Below are positions 32,601-42,900 of a DNA stretch of 64,000 nt, one piece after another. Both the position numbers and the translations under genes were made by a program. Source of the DNA: Dudresnaya verticillata (taxonomy: Eukaryota); assembly GCA_977862235.1 (NCBI GenBank), contig OZ374565.1, positions 2,604,001-2,668,000 of the forward strand, in the 5' to 3' direction. How positions within the stretch are numbered: the first letter of the stretch is position 1; each line of letters starts with the position of its first letter. The notes beneath the pieces were generated by a model, which saw nothing but the letters and a program-made list of their open reading frames with translations, was not told where the DNA came from and did no database searches.

Positions 32601-34252
32601 GGACCCCGCGCAACGGGTGGGGTTTGCGCAGTTGGTACCTCTCGAGTAGCAGGTACCGGTGCAGGAGGCGGCTCCTGGCTGTCCGGGATTCGTCGCGGGG
32701 CTGGCAGGATATCGTCCGCTGGCTCGCCGTCCTCGGGTTGCGTCTCCGTGACCGCGTCCAGAGCAGGAGACTGTGATGGCGCGGCTACAGTTTCTTCACG
32801 GCTCGGTGTCGTCAATTGGTTGGACGGGACGTGGGAGAACGCCGGAGTGCGAGTAGCGGGACATGCGCTGCAATTCTTGTACCGCATACTGTACATGCCT
32901 TCACTGTTCATGCGGGAGCTACAGTGGGTGGGCATGTACTTGTTGTGAGTCACACAGTACCATACTCCATAGTCCAGGAGCTGCTGCTTGAGAGGCTCGA
33001 TGTCGGTCCTCGTCGGTGGTCCTCGCCTGCCAGGAACATGCATCTTCCGCAGGTGCATGAGTAGCGCTTCTACAGTAGGCAGTGAGGACGACTGGCAGCC
33101 CAGAGGACAGCTGGTACTGTTTGTCGGGCGGTGTTTTGCCGAAGGCATAAAGCATGGAGAGAGCCATACCTTCGGCATGTCGGGGTGCTGCTGACCAATC
33201 ATGGTTACAGCGCTGGGTAAGGTACCTGTAAAGGTCCTCTACAGTAGGTTCCCACGGGGCACAGACCTCCTAACCGGGACGCAAGCCTGTCGTCCGTCGT
33301 CAGTCTGTTCGGGACACCTCCAGAGGGTGCTACAGGTGGCCTTGCTGCGAGATGAGGGCCTCTTCGCAGCGTAGGGCGCGAGATCGCGCACTTTGCGCAC
33401 GAGCTCGCGCAAAAGGGCGCGCGTGTTAGCGTTCGTGCGCGCAGAGTTATCGGACGTTCCCTTCCCTGCCGCAGCTGAGAAGACTCTCTTCACTGCGGTC
33501 CTGTAACGCGCGGTACTTCTCGTTTGCACAAGCTCTCAATGGGGTCGCAGAACCACCGTTTACCTGTGAGTGCCCACAGGATTTTTGGCCTCCCCCGAAG
33601 GTTCGCTGGCAGGACGTTCGCTCGATCTTAGAAGGGGTGGTTTCAAAACAGGATCCACCAGGCTTAAGCCACGTTACCCCAACTTCGACGTTGCTTGGCA
33701 CGTTTCTGCGATGAGCTTGTGGGTCACGAGCCGCCTACCACTCAAGGTCGAGGGTCTTTGGCGATTCCCACACTTGTAGGTCTCTCGGCACTTCCCGAAG
33801 GAAGATTTTACAGGACAAGCCTGGCCTTTACCAATCTGTCAGTTGAAGGGTGTGAAACCCCTCTGTCGACAGTCCACGGCAGCCTAGACAGAGTCTAGGC
33901 TGTGCCGGGTACAAGCAAAACGCGTACAGGGCCAGGGAAAGAAAGATAAGTCAGTGGGGCCCGGGCAAATTTCAAGGTGAGGGATCACCTTAAAAGTAAG
34001 CGCAAAATAGGAAACGCGTGACCGTCGGCGACGACGGCGGCGGCGACGGCGGCGACGACGACGGCGTCGCGGCGCAGATCGGCGGCGCGGAAAGAGACAA
34101 AAGTAGACCGCGCTCGCCCGCCCGCGAAGGTGAAGGGCTGAAAAACCCCGCACCGACGCGCCGTCGCGCGCTCGAACAGGCGGCACCGCCGCCGAAAAGA
34201 TCGGTGCAGAACTTGTTGAGATATCTCCGAAACAAAAATTTCGGCAGATCGC
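29613..34252 (-). mobile_element. Copy F, full length
   Basis: Ends AGATCGC, then TG and the TSD (34255-34268). Confidence 0.96.
29714..33202 (-). CDS. 1162-aa RT/RLE protein, copy F
   Basis: Intact ORF. Confidence 0.96.
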   Translation of the reverse strand: MIGQQHPDMPKVWLSPCFMPSAKHRPTNSTSCPLGCQSSSLPTVEALLMHLRKMHVPGRRGPPTRTDIEPLKQQLLDYGVWYCVTHNKYMPTHCSSRMNSEGMYSMRYKNCSACPATRTPAFSHVPSNQLTTPSREETVAAPSQSPALDAVTETQPEDGEPADDILPAPRRIPDSQEPPPAPVPATREVPTAQTPPVARGPGGQLLPAVEDICRSHIPMVTHIPSRVRAEVRDALSKTVWAFTNATNSQEATKELTAFLLFPAAVLSNPPAASARASASTSASSIGTFRDRIRRWGLKDYDALWQEALKGSTFREQTAPSAEEQRRINASRALRLAKEGAYSKAAAALDSDGIAPATDSVIQSMKDKHPQSVPQTDADHELDQSEPLPTMPDFVPFTADEVRKAVAKFPRASASGGTGLSPTHLQELLSVPTTHEHTGLLGGLTKMVNVLASGAGPAELSPWIASAPLTALKKRTGGVRPIAVGETIRRLVSSMLMTRVAPKAKAYLEPLQLGVATSGGTEAIVHAVRKLQKSHGHDKSYGLLQVDLKNAFNLVSRKAFMKEVRRHMPELLPWVRYCYDSEGPHLWMGDTLLRSVTGVQQGDPLGPLLFALVLQALIKQLKELTADLRRSGRNQQAEGANNLLLSLFYLDDGVIVAKHAVLRKVLSFFDSEEAKGYGFHLRMDKCTVWWPTAPDPEDCAAYPSDLGQSYGEGTTVLQAPIGTQNYMEESVNGHVESIQPLLDAISGLEDLHVAITLLRNCAGVCRLNYLLRVVPSSATAKGAELFDQKIEACMRKLVGGVLPRDTFRELQLPLRTKEPSFGIGISGAGDMNSSAFLASLSLTRNLLRSILPASVNTALSDDPFAVEAHEDWSAKCHSEDALDLEKIDSDECPRQRDLTRLVLKKVQAELPLGDRRTQAFRASLGVPGAKDWLKCQPAPGMKTYIADRDYRVWLRFYCRIPLLEPDTECPRAGCKKMMDVHGDHLLICPNGMRNSGSPRSWRHDSQVRLLASDLKRATRTPIVEPRPVGAHLDRPDIKALGTEGGTDYLDVTISHPLSSEQRILSCITNPQGTLKNAHADKVRTYRGFIQAAGPGARLVPVPMTTLGGWHPEAHKYMQELADTVASRAMVTRGVSRAALFHRHAARLVQNNVKCLMEGIQQEV

Positions 34253-34268
34253 TGAGTACTGAGGTGAG

Positions 34269-35284
34269 TTCAACTTTATAACAGGTGACCATATTCTAAT
34301 ATTTGTCGACGTACAATCTACTGTAGTATCACAACAAAGTTAAACCCCAACTCAAAACAACCTGCACATCTACACCTCCTGTTGGATCCCTTCCATCAGG
34401 CACTTGACGTTGTTCTGCACCAGTCGCGCCGCGTGCCTGTGGAACAGAGCCGCTCGCGAAACACCGCGAGTTACCATGGCCCGAGAAGCCACGGTATCCG
34501 CCAACTCTTGCATATACTTGTGCGCCTCCGGGTGCCAGCCACCTAGTGTGGTCATCGGCACCGGCACAAGCCTTGCCCCCGGTCCGGCAGCCTGGATGAA
34601 GCCACGGTAAGTCCGCACCTTGTCAGCGTGGGCGTTCTTCAGCGTCCCTTGCGGGTTTGTTATGCAGCTGAGAATGCGTTGTTCTGACGACAGTGGATGA
34701 CTGATTGTGACGTCCAGGTAGTCCGTTCCTCCTTCTGTTCCAAGCGCCTTGATGTCCGGCCGATCCAAGTGAGCCCCCACCGGGCGGGGCTCCACAATCG
34801 GGGTGCGTGTCGCACGTTTCAGATCCGAAGCCAGCAGACGAACCTGAGAGTCGTGGCGCCACGACCGAGGAGATCCGCTGTTCCGCATGCCGTTCGGACA
34901 AATCAGCAGATGGTCGCCGTGAACATCCATCATCTTCTTGCACCCGGCCCGAGGACACTCCGTGTCGGGTTCCAGCAGTGGAATCCGACAGTAGAATCGA
35001 AGCCATACGCGGTAGTCCCGATCCGCAATGTACGTCTTCATGCCTGGTGCCGGCTGGCACTTGAGCCAGTCCTTGGCGCCCGGCACGCCAAGGGAAGCTC
35101 GGAAAGCTTGCGTCCGCCTGTCCCCGAGCGGCAGCTCGGCTTGCACTTTCTTCAGAACCAACCGCGTCAAGTCCCGCTGGCGCGGGCACTCGTCGCTGTC
35201 GATCTTCTCCAGGTCCAGGGCATCCTCACTATGGCACTTGGCGCTCCAGTCTTCGTGCGCTTCTACTGCAAAAGGATCGTCAGA
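34269..35284 (-). mobile_element. Copy G, 5'-truncated (~1.0 kb)
   Basis: Stops at GGATCGTCAGA; short GATCGTCA duplication, then the TSD (35290-35303). Confidence 0.95.
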
Positions 35285-35303
35285 TCGTCAGTACTGAGGT
35301 GAG

Positions 35304-38300
35304 TTCAACTTTATAACAGGTGACCATATTCTAATATTTGTCGACGTACAATCTACTGTAGTATCACAACAAAGTTAAACCCCAACTCAAAACAACTTGC
35401 ACATCTACACCTCCTGTTGGATCCCTTCCATCAGGCACTTGACGTTGTTCTGCACCAGTCGCGCCGCGTGCCTGTGGAACAGAGCCGCTCGCGAAACACC
35501 GCGAGTTACCATGGCCCGAGAAGCCACGGTATCCGCCAACTCTTGCATATACTTGTGCGCCTCCGGGTGCCAGCCACCTAGTGTGGTCATCGGCACCGGC
35601 ACAAGCCTTGCCCCCGGTCCGGCAGCCTGGATGAAGCCACGGTAAGTCCGCACCTTGTCAGCGTGGGCGTTCTTCAGCGTCCCTTGCGGGTTTGTTATGC
35701 AGCTGAGAATGCGTTGTTCTGACGACAGTGGATGACTGATTGTGACGTCCAGGTAGTCCGTTCCTCCTTCTGTTCCAAGCGCCTTGATGTCCGGCCGATC
35801 CAAGTGAGCCCCCACCGGGCGGGGCTCCACAATCGGGGTGCGTGTCGCACGTTTCAGATCCGAAGCCAGCAGACGAACCTGAGAGTCGTGGCGCCACGAC
35901 CGAGGAGATCCGCTGTTCCGCATGCCGTTCGGACAAATCAGCAGATGGTCGCCGTGAACATCCATCATCTTCTTGCACCCGGCCCGAGGACACTCCGTGT
36001 CGGGTTCCAGCAGTGGAATCCGACAGTAGAATCGAAGCCATACGCGGTAGTCCCGATCCGCAATGTACGTCTTCATGCCTGGTGCCGGCTGGCACTTGAG
36101 CCAGTCCTTGGCGCCCGGCACGCCAAGGGAAGCTCGGAAAGCTTGCGTCCGCCTGTCCCCGAGCGGCAGCTCGGCTTGCACTTTCTTCAGAACCAACCGC
36201 GTCAAGTCCCGCTGGCGCGGGCACTCGTCGCTGTCGATCTTCTCCAGGTCCAGGGCATCCTCACTATGGCACTTGGCGCTCCAGTCTTCGTGCGCTTCTA
36301 CTGCAAAAGGATCGTCAGAAAGAGCAGTGTTCACAGAAGCGGGTAAGATAGAACGCAGTAAGTTGCGGGTCAGTGAAAGGGACGCCAAAAACGCGCTCGA
36401 GTTCATGTCGCCAGCTCCCGAAATACCGATTCCGAAGCTGGGCTCTTTCGTGCGCAGGGGAAGCTGAAGTTCGCGGAAGGTGTCCCTCGGTAGGACTCCT
36501 CCCACGAGCTTGCGCATGCAAGCCTCAATCTTCTGGTCGAAGAGCTCGGCGCCCTTTGCCGTGGCGGATGATGGAACTACTCGCAGCAGGTAGTTCAGCC
36601 GGCAGACTCCGGCACAGTTGCGGAGTAGAGTGATGGCCACGTGTAGGTCTTCTAGTCCCGAAATTGCGTCCAGCAGGGGCTGGATGGACTCGACATGGCC
36701 ATTCACGCTCTCCTCCATGTAGTTCTGCGTTCCAATCGGAGCCTGAAGTACTGTAGTGCCTTCTCCGTAGCTCTGCCCAAGATCCGACGGGTAGGCAGCG
36801 CAGTCTTCTGGGTCGGGTGCAGTAGGCCACCAAACAGTACACTTGTCCATGCGCAGGTGGAAGCCATAGCCCTTAGCTTCCTCGGAGTCAAAGAAGGACA
36901 GAACCTTCCTGAGTACGGCGTGTTTCGCCACGATGACGCCGTCGTCCAGGTAGAACAGTGACAGCAGCAAGTTGTTCGCCCCCTCCGCTTGCTGATTGCG
37001 GCCCGAGCGCCGCAGGTCGGCGGTGAGTTCCTTCAACTGTTTGATCAGTGCCTGCAGCACCAAAGCAAACAGTAACGGCCCGAGCGGGTCACCTTGCTGT
37101 ACACCAGTGACACTCCGCAGTAGAGTGTCACCCATCCACAGGTGCGGGCCCTCAGAGTCATAACAGTATCTGACCCACGGTAGTAGTTCAGGCATATGTC
37201 GGCGGACCTCCTTCATGAATGCTTTGCGGCTGACAAGGTTGAAGGCATTCTTCAAGTCCACTTGTAGCAACCCGTAGGACTTGTCATGGCCGTGAGACTT
37301 CTGCAGCTTCCGGACCGCGTGTACAATCGCTTCTGTGCCGCCCGAGGTTGCGACCCCGAGCTGAAGCGGTTCGAGGTATGCCTTGGCCTTGGGAGCGACT
37401 CTGGTCATGAGCATAGAGCTCACGAGTCGTCGGATTGTCTCTCCTACAGCAATGGGGCGGACACCGCCGGTGCGCTTCTTCAGAGCCGTGAGAGGAGCGC
37501 TGGCAATCCAAGGCGACAGCTCCGCAGGTCCTGCGCCGCTGGCCAGCACGTTGACCATTTTGGTGAGCCCGCCAAGCAGGCCCGTGTGCTCGTGAGTGGT
37601 CGGGACTGAGAGCAGTTCCTGCAGATGCGTCGGTGATAGTCCTGTTCCCCCCGAGGCCGAAGCCCGGGGGAACTTGGCCACTGCTTTTCGTACTTCGTCG
37701 GCTGTGAAAGGCACGAAGTCAGGCATGGTCGGCAGCGGTTCGGACTGGTCAAGCTCGTGGTCCGCGTCGGTTTGCGGTACGGACTGCGGGTGCTTGTCCT
37801 TCATGGACTGTATCACAGAGTCTGTGGCTGGGGCGATTCCATCAGAGTCTAGAGCTGCTGCTGCCTTACTGTAGGCGCCCTCCTTTGCAAGGCGAAGGGC
37901 TCGTGAGGCATTGATACGGCGTTGCTCTTCTGCGGAAGGCGCAGTCTGCTCACGGAATGTCGAGCCCTTCAAGGCCTCCTGCCATAGGGCGTCGTAATCC
38001 TTGAGTCCCCAGCGTCGGATTCGATCGCGGAAGGTGCCGATCGAGGACGCAGAGGTTGACGCGCTGGCCCTTGCACTCGCCGCGGGAGGATTGGACAAGA
38101 CGGCTGCTGGAAAAAGCAGGAATGCAGTGAGCTCTTTGGTGGCTTCCTGAGAGTTGGTTGCGTTCGTAAAAGCCCATACCGTCTTGGACAGTGCGTCGCG
38201 CACCTCGGCGCGGACGCGAGACGGTATATGTGTGACCATAGGGATATGCGAGCGACAGATGTCTTCGACCGCCGGCAGAAGCTGCCCTCCTGGACCCCGC

Positions 38301-39942
38301 GCAACGGGTGGGGTTTGCGCAGTTGGTACCTCTCGAGTAGCAGGTACCGGTGCAGGAGGCGGCTCCTGGCTGTCCGGGATTCGTCGCGGGGCTGGCAGGA
38401 TATCGTCCGCTGGCTCGCCGTCCTCGGGTTGCGTCTCCGTGACCGCGTCCAGAGCAGGAGACTGTGATGGCGCGGCTACAGTTTCTTCACGGCTCGGTGT
38501 CGTCAATTGGTTGGACGGGACGTGGGAGAACGCCGGAGTGCGAGTAGCGGGACATGCGCTGCAATTCTTGTACCGCATACTGTACATGCCTTCACTGTTC
38601 ATGCGGGAGCTACAGTGGGTGGGCATGTACTTGTTGTGAGTCACACAGTACCATACTCCATAGTCCAGGAGCTGCTGCTTGAGAGGCTCGATGTCGGTCC
38701 TCGTCGGTGGTCCTCGCCTGCCAGGAACATGCATCTTCCGCAGGTGCATGAGTAGCGCTTCTACAGTAGGCAGTGAGGACGACTGGCAGCCCAGAGGACA
38801 GCTGGTACTGTTTGTCGGGCGGTGTTTTGCCGAAGGCATAAAGCATGGAGAGAGCCATACCTTCGGCATGTCGGGGTGCTGCTGACCAATCATGGTTACA
38901 GCGCTGGGTAAGGTACCTGTAAAGGTCCTCTACAGTAGGTTCCCACGGGGCACAGACCTCCTAACCGGGACGCAAGCCTGTCGTCCGTCGTCAGTCTGTT
39001 CGGGACACCTCCAGAGGGTGCTACAGGTGGCCTTGCTGCGAGATGAGGGCCTCTTCGCAGCGTAGGGCGCGAGATCGCGCACTTTGCGCACGAGCTCGCG
39101 CAAAAGGGCGCGCGTGTTAGCGTTCGTGCGCGCAGAGTTATCGGACGTTCCCTTCCCTGCCGCAGCTGAGAAGACTCTCTTCACTGCGGTCCTGTAACGC
39201 GCGGTACTTCTCGTTTGCACAAGCTCTCAATGGGGTCGCAGAACCACCGTTTACCTGTGAGTGCCCACAGGATTTTTGGCCTCCCCCGAAGGTTCGCTGG
39301 CAGGACGTTCGCTCGATCTTAGAAGGGGTGGTTTCAAAACAGGATCCACCAGGCTTAAGCCACGTTACCCCAACTTCGACGTTGCTTGGCACGTTTCTGC
39401 GATGAGCTTGTGGGTCACGAGCCGCCTACCACTCAAGGTCGAGGGTCTTTGGCGATTCCCACACTTGTAGGTCTCTCGGCACTTCCCGAAGGAAGATTTT
39501 ACAGGACAAGCCTGGCCTTTACCAATCTGTCAGTTGAAGGGTGTGAAACCCCTCTGTCGACAGTCCACGGCAGCCTAGACAGAGTCTAGGCTGTGCCGGG
39601 TACAAGCAAAACGCGTACAGGGCCAGGGAAAGAAAGATAAGTCAGTGGGGCCCGGGCAAATTTCAAGGTGAGGGATCACCTTAAAAGTAAGCGCAAAATA
39701 GGAAACGCGTGACCGTCGGCGACGACGGCGGCGGCGACGGCGGCGACGACGACGGCGTCGCGGCGCAGATCGGCGGCGCGGAAAGAGACAAAAGTAGACC
39801 GCGCTCGCCCGCCCGCGAAGGTGAAGGGCTGAAAAACCCCGCACCGACGCGCCGTCGCGCGCTCGAACAGGCGGCACCGCCGCCGAAAAGATCGGTGCAG
39901 AACTTGCTGAGAAATCTCCGAAACAAAAAATTCGGCAGATCG
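35304..39942 (-). mobile_element. Copy H, full length
   Basis: Ends AGATCG, then GTACTG and the TSD (39949-39962). Confidence 0.96.
35405..38893 (-). CDS. 1162-aa RT/RLE protein, copy H
   Basis: Intact ORF. Confidence 0.96.
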   Translation of the reverse strand: MIGQQHPDMPKVWLSPCFMPSAKHRPTNSTSCPLGCQSSSLPTVEALLMHLRKMHVPGRRGPPTRTDIEPLKQQLLDYGVWYCVTHNKYMPTHCSSRMNSEGMYSMRYKNCSACPATRTPAFSHVPSNQLTTPSREETVAAPSQSPALDAVTETQPEDGEPADDILPAPRRIPDSQEPPPAPVPATREVPTAQTPPVARGPGGQLLPAVEDICRSHIPMVTHIPSRVRAEVRDALSKTVWAFTNATNSQEATKELTAFLLFPAAVLSNPPAASARASASTSASSIGTFRDRIRRWGLKDYDALWQEALKGSTFREQTAPSAEEQRRINASRALRLAKEGAYSKAAAALDSDGIAPATDSVIQSMKDKHPQSVPQTDADHELDQSEPLPTMPDFVPFTADEVRKAVAKFPRASASGGTGLSPTHLQELLSVPTTHEHTGLLGGLTKMVNVLASGAGPAELSPWIASAPLTALKKRTGGVRPIAVGETIRRLVSSMLMTRVAPKAKAYLEPLQLGVATSGGTEAIVHAVRKLQKSHGHDKSYGLLQVDLKNAFNLVSRKAFMKEVRRHMPELLPWVRYCYDSEGPHLWMGDTLLRSVTGVQQGDPLGPLLFALVLQALIKQLKELTADLRRSGRNQQAEGANNLLLSLFYLDDGVIVAKHAVLRKVLSFFDSEEAKGYGFHLRMDKCTVWWPTAPDPEDCAAYPSDLGQSYGEGTTVLQAPIGTQNYMEESVNGHVESIQPLLDAISGLEDLHVAITLLRNCAGVCRLNYLLRVVPSSATAKGAELFDQKIEACMRKLVGGVLPRDTFRELQLPLRTKEPSFGIGISGAGDMNSSAFLASLSLTRNLLRSILPASVNTALSDDPFAVEAHEDWSAKCHSEDALDLEKIDSDECPRQRDLTRLVLKKVQAELPLGDRRTQAFRASLGVPGAKDWLKCQPAPGMKTYIADRDYRVWLRFYCRIPLLEPDTECPRAGCKKMMDVHGDHLLICPNGMRNSGSPRSWRHDSQVRLLASDLKRATRTPIVEPRPVGAHLDRPDIKALGTEGGTDYLDVTISHPLSSEQRILSCITNPQGTLKNAHADKVRTYRGFIQAAGPGARLVPVPMTTLGGWHPEAHKYMQELADTVASRAMVTRGVSRAALFHRHAARLVQNNVKCLMEGIQQEV

Positions 39943-39962
39943 GTACTGAGTACTGAGGTGAG

Positions 39963-42900
39963 TTCAACTTTATAACAGGTGACCATATTCTAATATTTGT
40001 CGACGTACAATCTACTGTAGTATCACAACAAAGTTAAACCCCAACTCAAAACAACTTGCACATCTACACCTCCTGTTGGATCCCTTCCATCAGGCACTTG
40101 ACGTTGTTCTGCACCAGTCGCGCCGCGTGCCTGTGGAACAGAGCCGCTCGCGAAACACCGCGAGTTACCATGGCCCGAGAAGCCACGGTATCCGCCAACT
40201 CTTGCATATACTTGTGCGCCTCCGGGTGCCAGCCACCTAGTGTGGTCATCGGCACCGGCACAAGCCTTGCCCCCGGTCCGGCAGCCTGGATGAAGCCACG
40301 GTAAGTCCGCACCTTGTCAGCGTGGGCGTTCTTCAGCGTCCCTTGCGGGTTTGTTATGCAGCTGAGAATGCGTTGTTCTGACGACAGTGGATGACTGATT
40401 GTGACGTCCAGGTAGTCCGTTCCTCCTTCTGTTCCAAGCGCCTTGATGTCCGGCCGATCCAAGTGAGCCCCCACCGGGCGGGGCTCCACAATCGGGGTGC
40501 GTGTCGCACGTTTCAGATCCGAAGCCAGCAGACGAACCTGAGAGTCGTGGCGCCACGACCGAGGAGATCCGCTGTTCCGCATGCCGTTCGGACAAATCAG
40601 CAGATGGTCGCCGTGAACATCCATCATCTTCTTGCACCCGGCCCGAGGACACTCCGTGTCGGGTTCCAGCAGTGGAATCCGACAGTAGAATCGAAGCCAT
40701 ACGCGGTAGTCCCGATCCGCAATGTACGTCTTCATGCCTGGTGCCGGCTGGCACTTGAGCCAGTCCTTGGCGCCCGGCACGCCAAGGGAAGCTCGGAAAG
40801 CTTGCGTCCGCCTGTCCCCGAGCGGCAGCTCGGCTTGCACTTTCTTCAGAACCAACCGCGTCAAGTCCCGCTGGCGCGGGCACTCGTCGCTGTCGATCTT
40901 CTCCAGGTCCAGGGCATCCTCACTATGGCACTTGGCGCTCCAGTCTTCGTGCGCTTCTACTGCAAAAGGATCGTCAGAAAGAGCAGTGTTCACAGAAGCG
41001 GGTAAGATAGAACGCAGTAAGTTGCGGGTCAGTGAAAGGGACGCCAAAAACGCGCTCGAGTTCATGTCGCCAGCTCCCGAAATACCGATTCCGAAGCTGG
41101 GCTCTTTCGTGCGCAGGGGAAGCTGAAGTTCGCGGAAGGTGTCCCTCGGTAGGACTCCTCCCACGAGCTTGCGCATGCAAGCCTCAATCTTCTGGTCGAA
41201 GAGCTCGGCGCCCTTTGCCGTGGCGGATGATGGAACTACTCGCAGCAGGTAGTTCAGCCGGCAGACTCCGGCACAGTTGCGGAGTAGAGTGATGGCCACG
41301 TGTAGGTCTTCTAGTCCCGAAATTGCGTCCAGCAGGGGCTGGATGGACTCGACATGGCCATTCACGCTCTCCTCCATGTAGTTCTGCGTTCCAATCGGAG
41401 CCTGAAGTACTGTAGTGCCTTCTCCGTAGCTCTGCCCAAGATCCGACGGGTAGGCAGCGCAGTCTTCTGGGTCGGGTGCAGTAGGCCACCAAACAGTACA
41501 CTTGTCCATGCGCAGGTGGAAGCCATAGCCCTTAGCTTCCTCGGAGTCAAAGAAGGACAGAACCTTCCTGAGTACGGCGTGTTTCGCCACGATGACGCCG
41601 TCGTCCAGGTAGAACAGTGACAGCAGCAAGTTGTTCGCCCCCTCCGCTTGCTGATTGCGGCCCGAGCGCCGCAGGTCGGCGGTGAGTTCCTTCAACTGTT
41701 TGATCAGTGCCTGCAGCACCAAAGCAAACAGTAACGGCCCGAGCGGGTCACCTTGCTGTACACCAGTGACACTCCGCAGTAGAGTGTCACCCATCCACAG
41801 GTGCGGGCCCTCAGAGTCATAACAGTATCTGACCCACGGTAGTAGTTCAGGCATATGTCGGCGGACCTCCTTCATGAATGCTTTGCGGCTGACAAGGTTG
41901 AAGGCATTCTTCAAGTCCACTTGTAGCAACCCGTAGGACTTGTCATGGCCGTGAGACTTCTGCAGCTTCCGGACCGCGTGTACAATGGCTTCTGTGCCGC
42001 CCGAGGTTGCGACCCCGAGCTGAAGCGGTTCGAGGTATGCCTTGGCCTTGGGAGCGACTCTGGTCATGAGCATAGAGCTCACGAGTCGTCGGATTGTCTC
42101 TCCTACAGCAATGGGGCGGACACCGCCGGTGCGCTTCTTCAGAGCCGTGAGAGGAGCGCTGGCAATCCAAGGCGACAGCTCCGCAGGTCCTGCGCCGCTG
42201 GCCAGCACGTTGACCATTTTGGTGAGCCCGCCAAGCAGGCCCGTGTGCTCGTGAGTGGTCGGGACTGAGAGCAGTTCCTGCAGATGGGTCGGTGATAGTC
42301 CTGTTCCCCCCGAGGCCGAAGCCCGGGGGAACTTGGCCACTGCTTTTCGTACTTCGTCGGCTGTGAAAGGCACGAAGTCAGGCATGGTCGGCAGCGGTTC
42401 GGACTGGTCAAGCTCGTGGTCCGCGTCGGTTTGCGGTACGGACTGCGGGTGCTTGTCCTTCATGGACTGTATCACAGAGTCTGTGGCTGGGGCGATTCCA
42501 TCAGAGTCTAGAGCTGCTGCTGCCTTACTGTAGGCGCCCTCCTTTGCAAGGCGAAGGGCTCGTGAGGCATTGATACGGCGTTGCTCTTCTGCGGAAGGCG
42601 CAGTCTGCTCACGGAATGTCGAGCCCTTCAAGGCCTCCTGCCATAGGGCGTCGTAATCCTTGAGTCCCCAGCGTCGGATTCGATCGCGGAAGGTGCCGAT
42701 CGAGGACGCAGAGGTTGACGCGCTGGCCCTTGCACTCGCCGCGGGAGGATTGGACAAGACGGCTGCTGGAAAAAGCAGGAATGCAGTGAGCTCTTTGGTG
42801 GCTTCCTGAGAGTTGGTTGCGTTCGTAAAAGCCCATACCGTCTTGGACAGTGCGTCGCGCACCTCGGCGCGGACGCGAGACGGTATATGTGTGACCATAG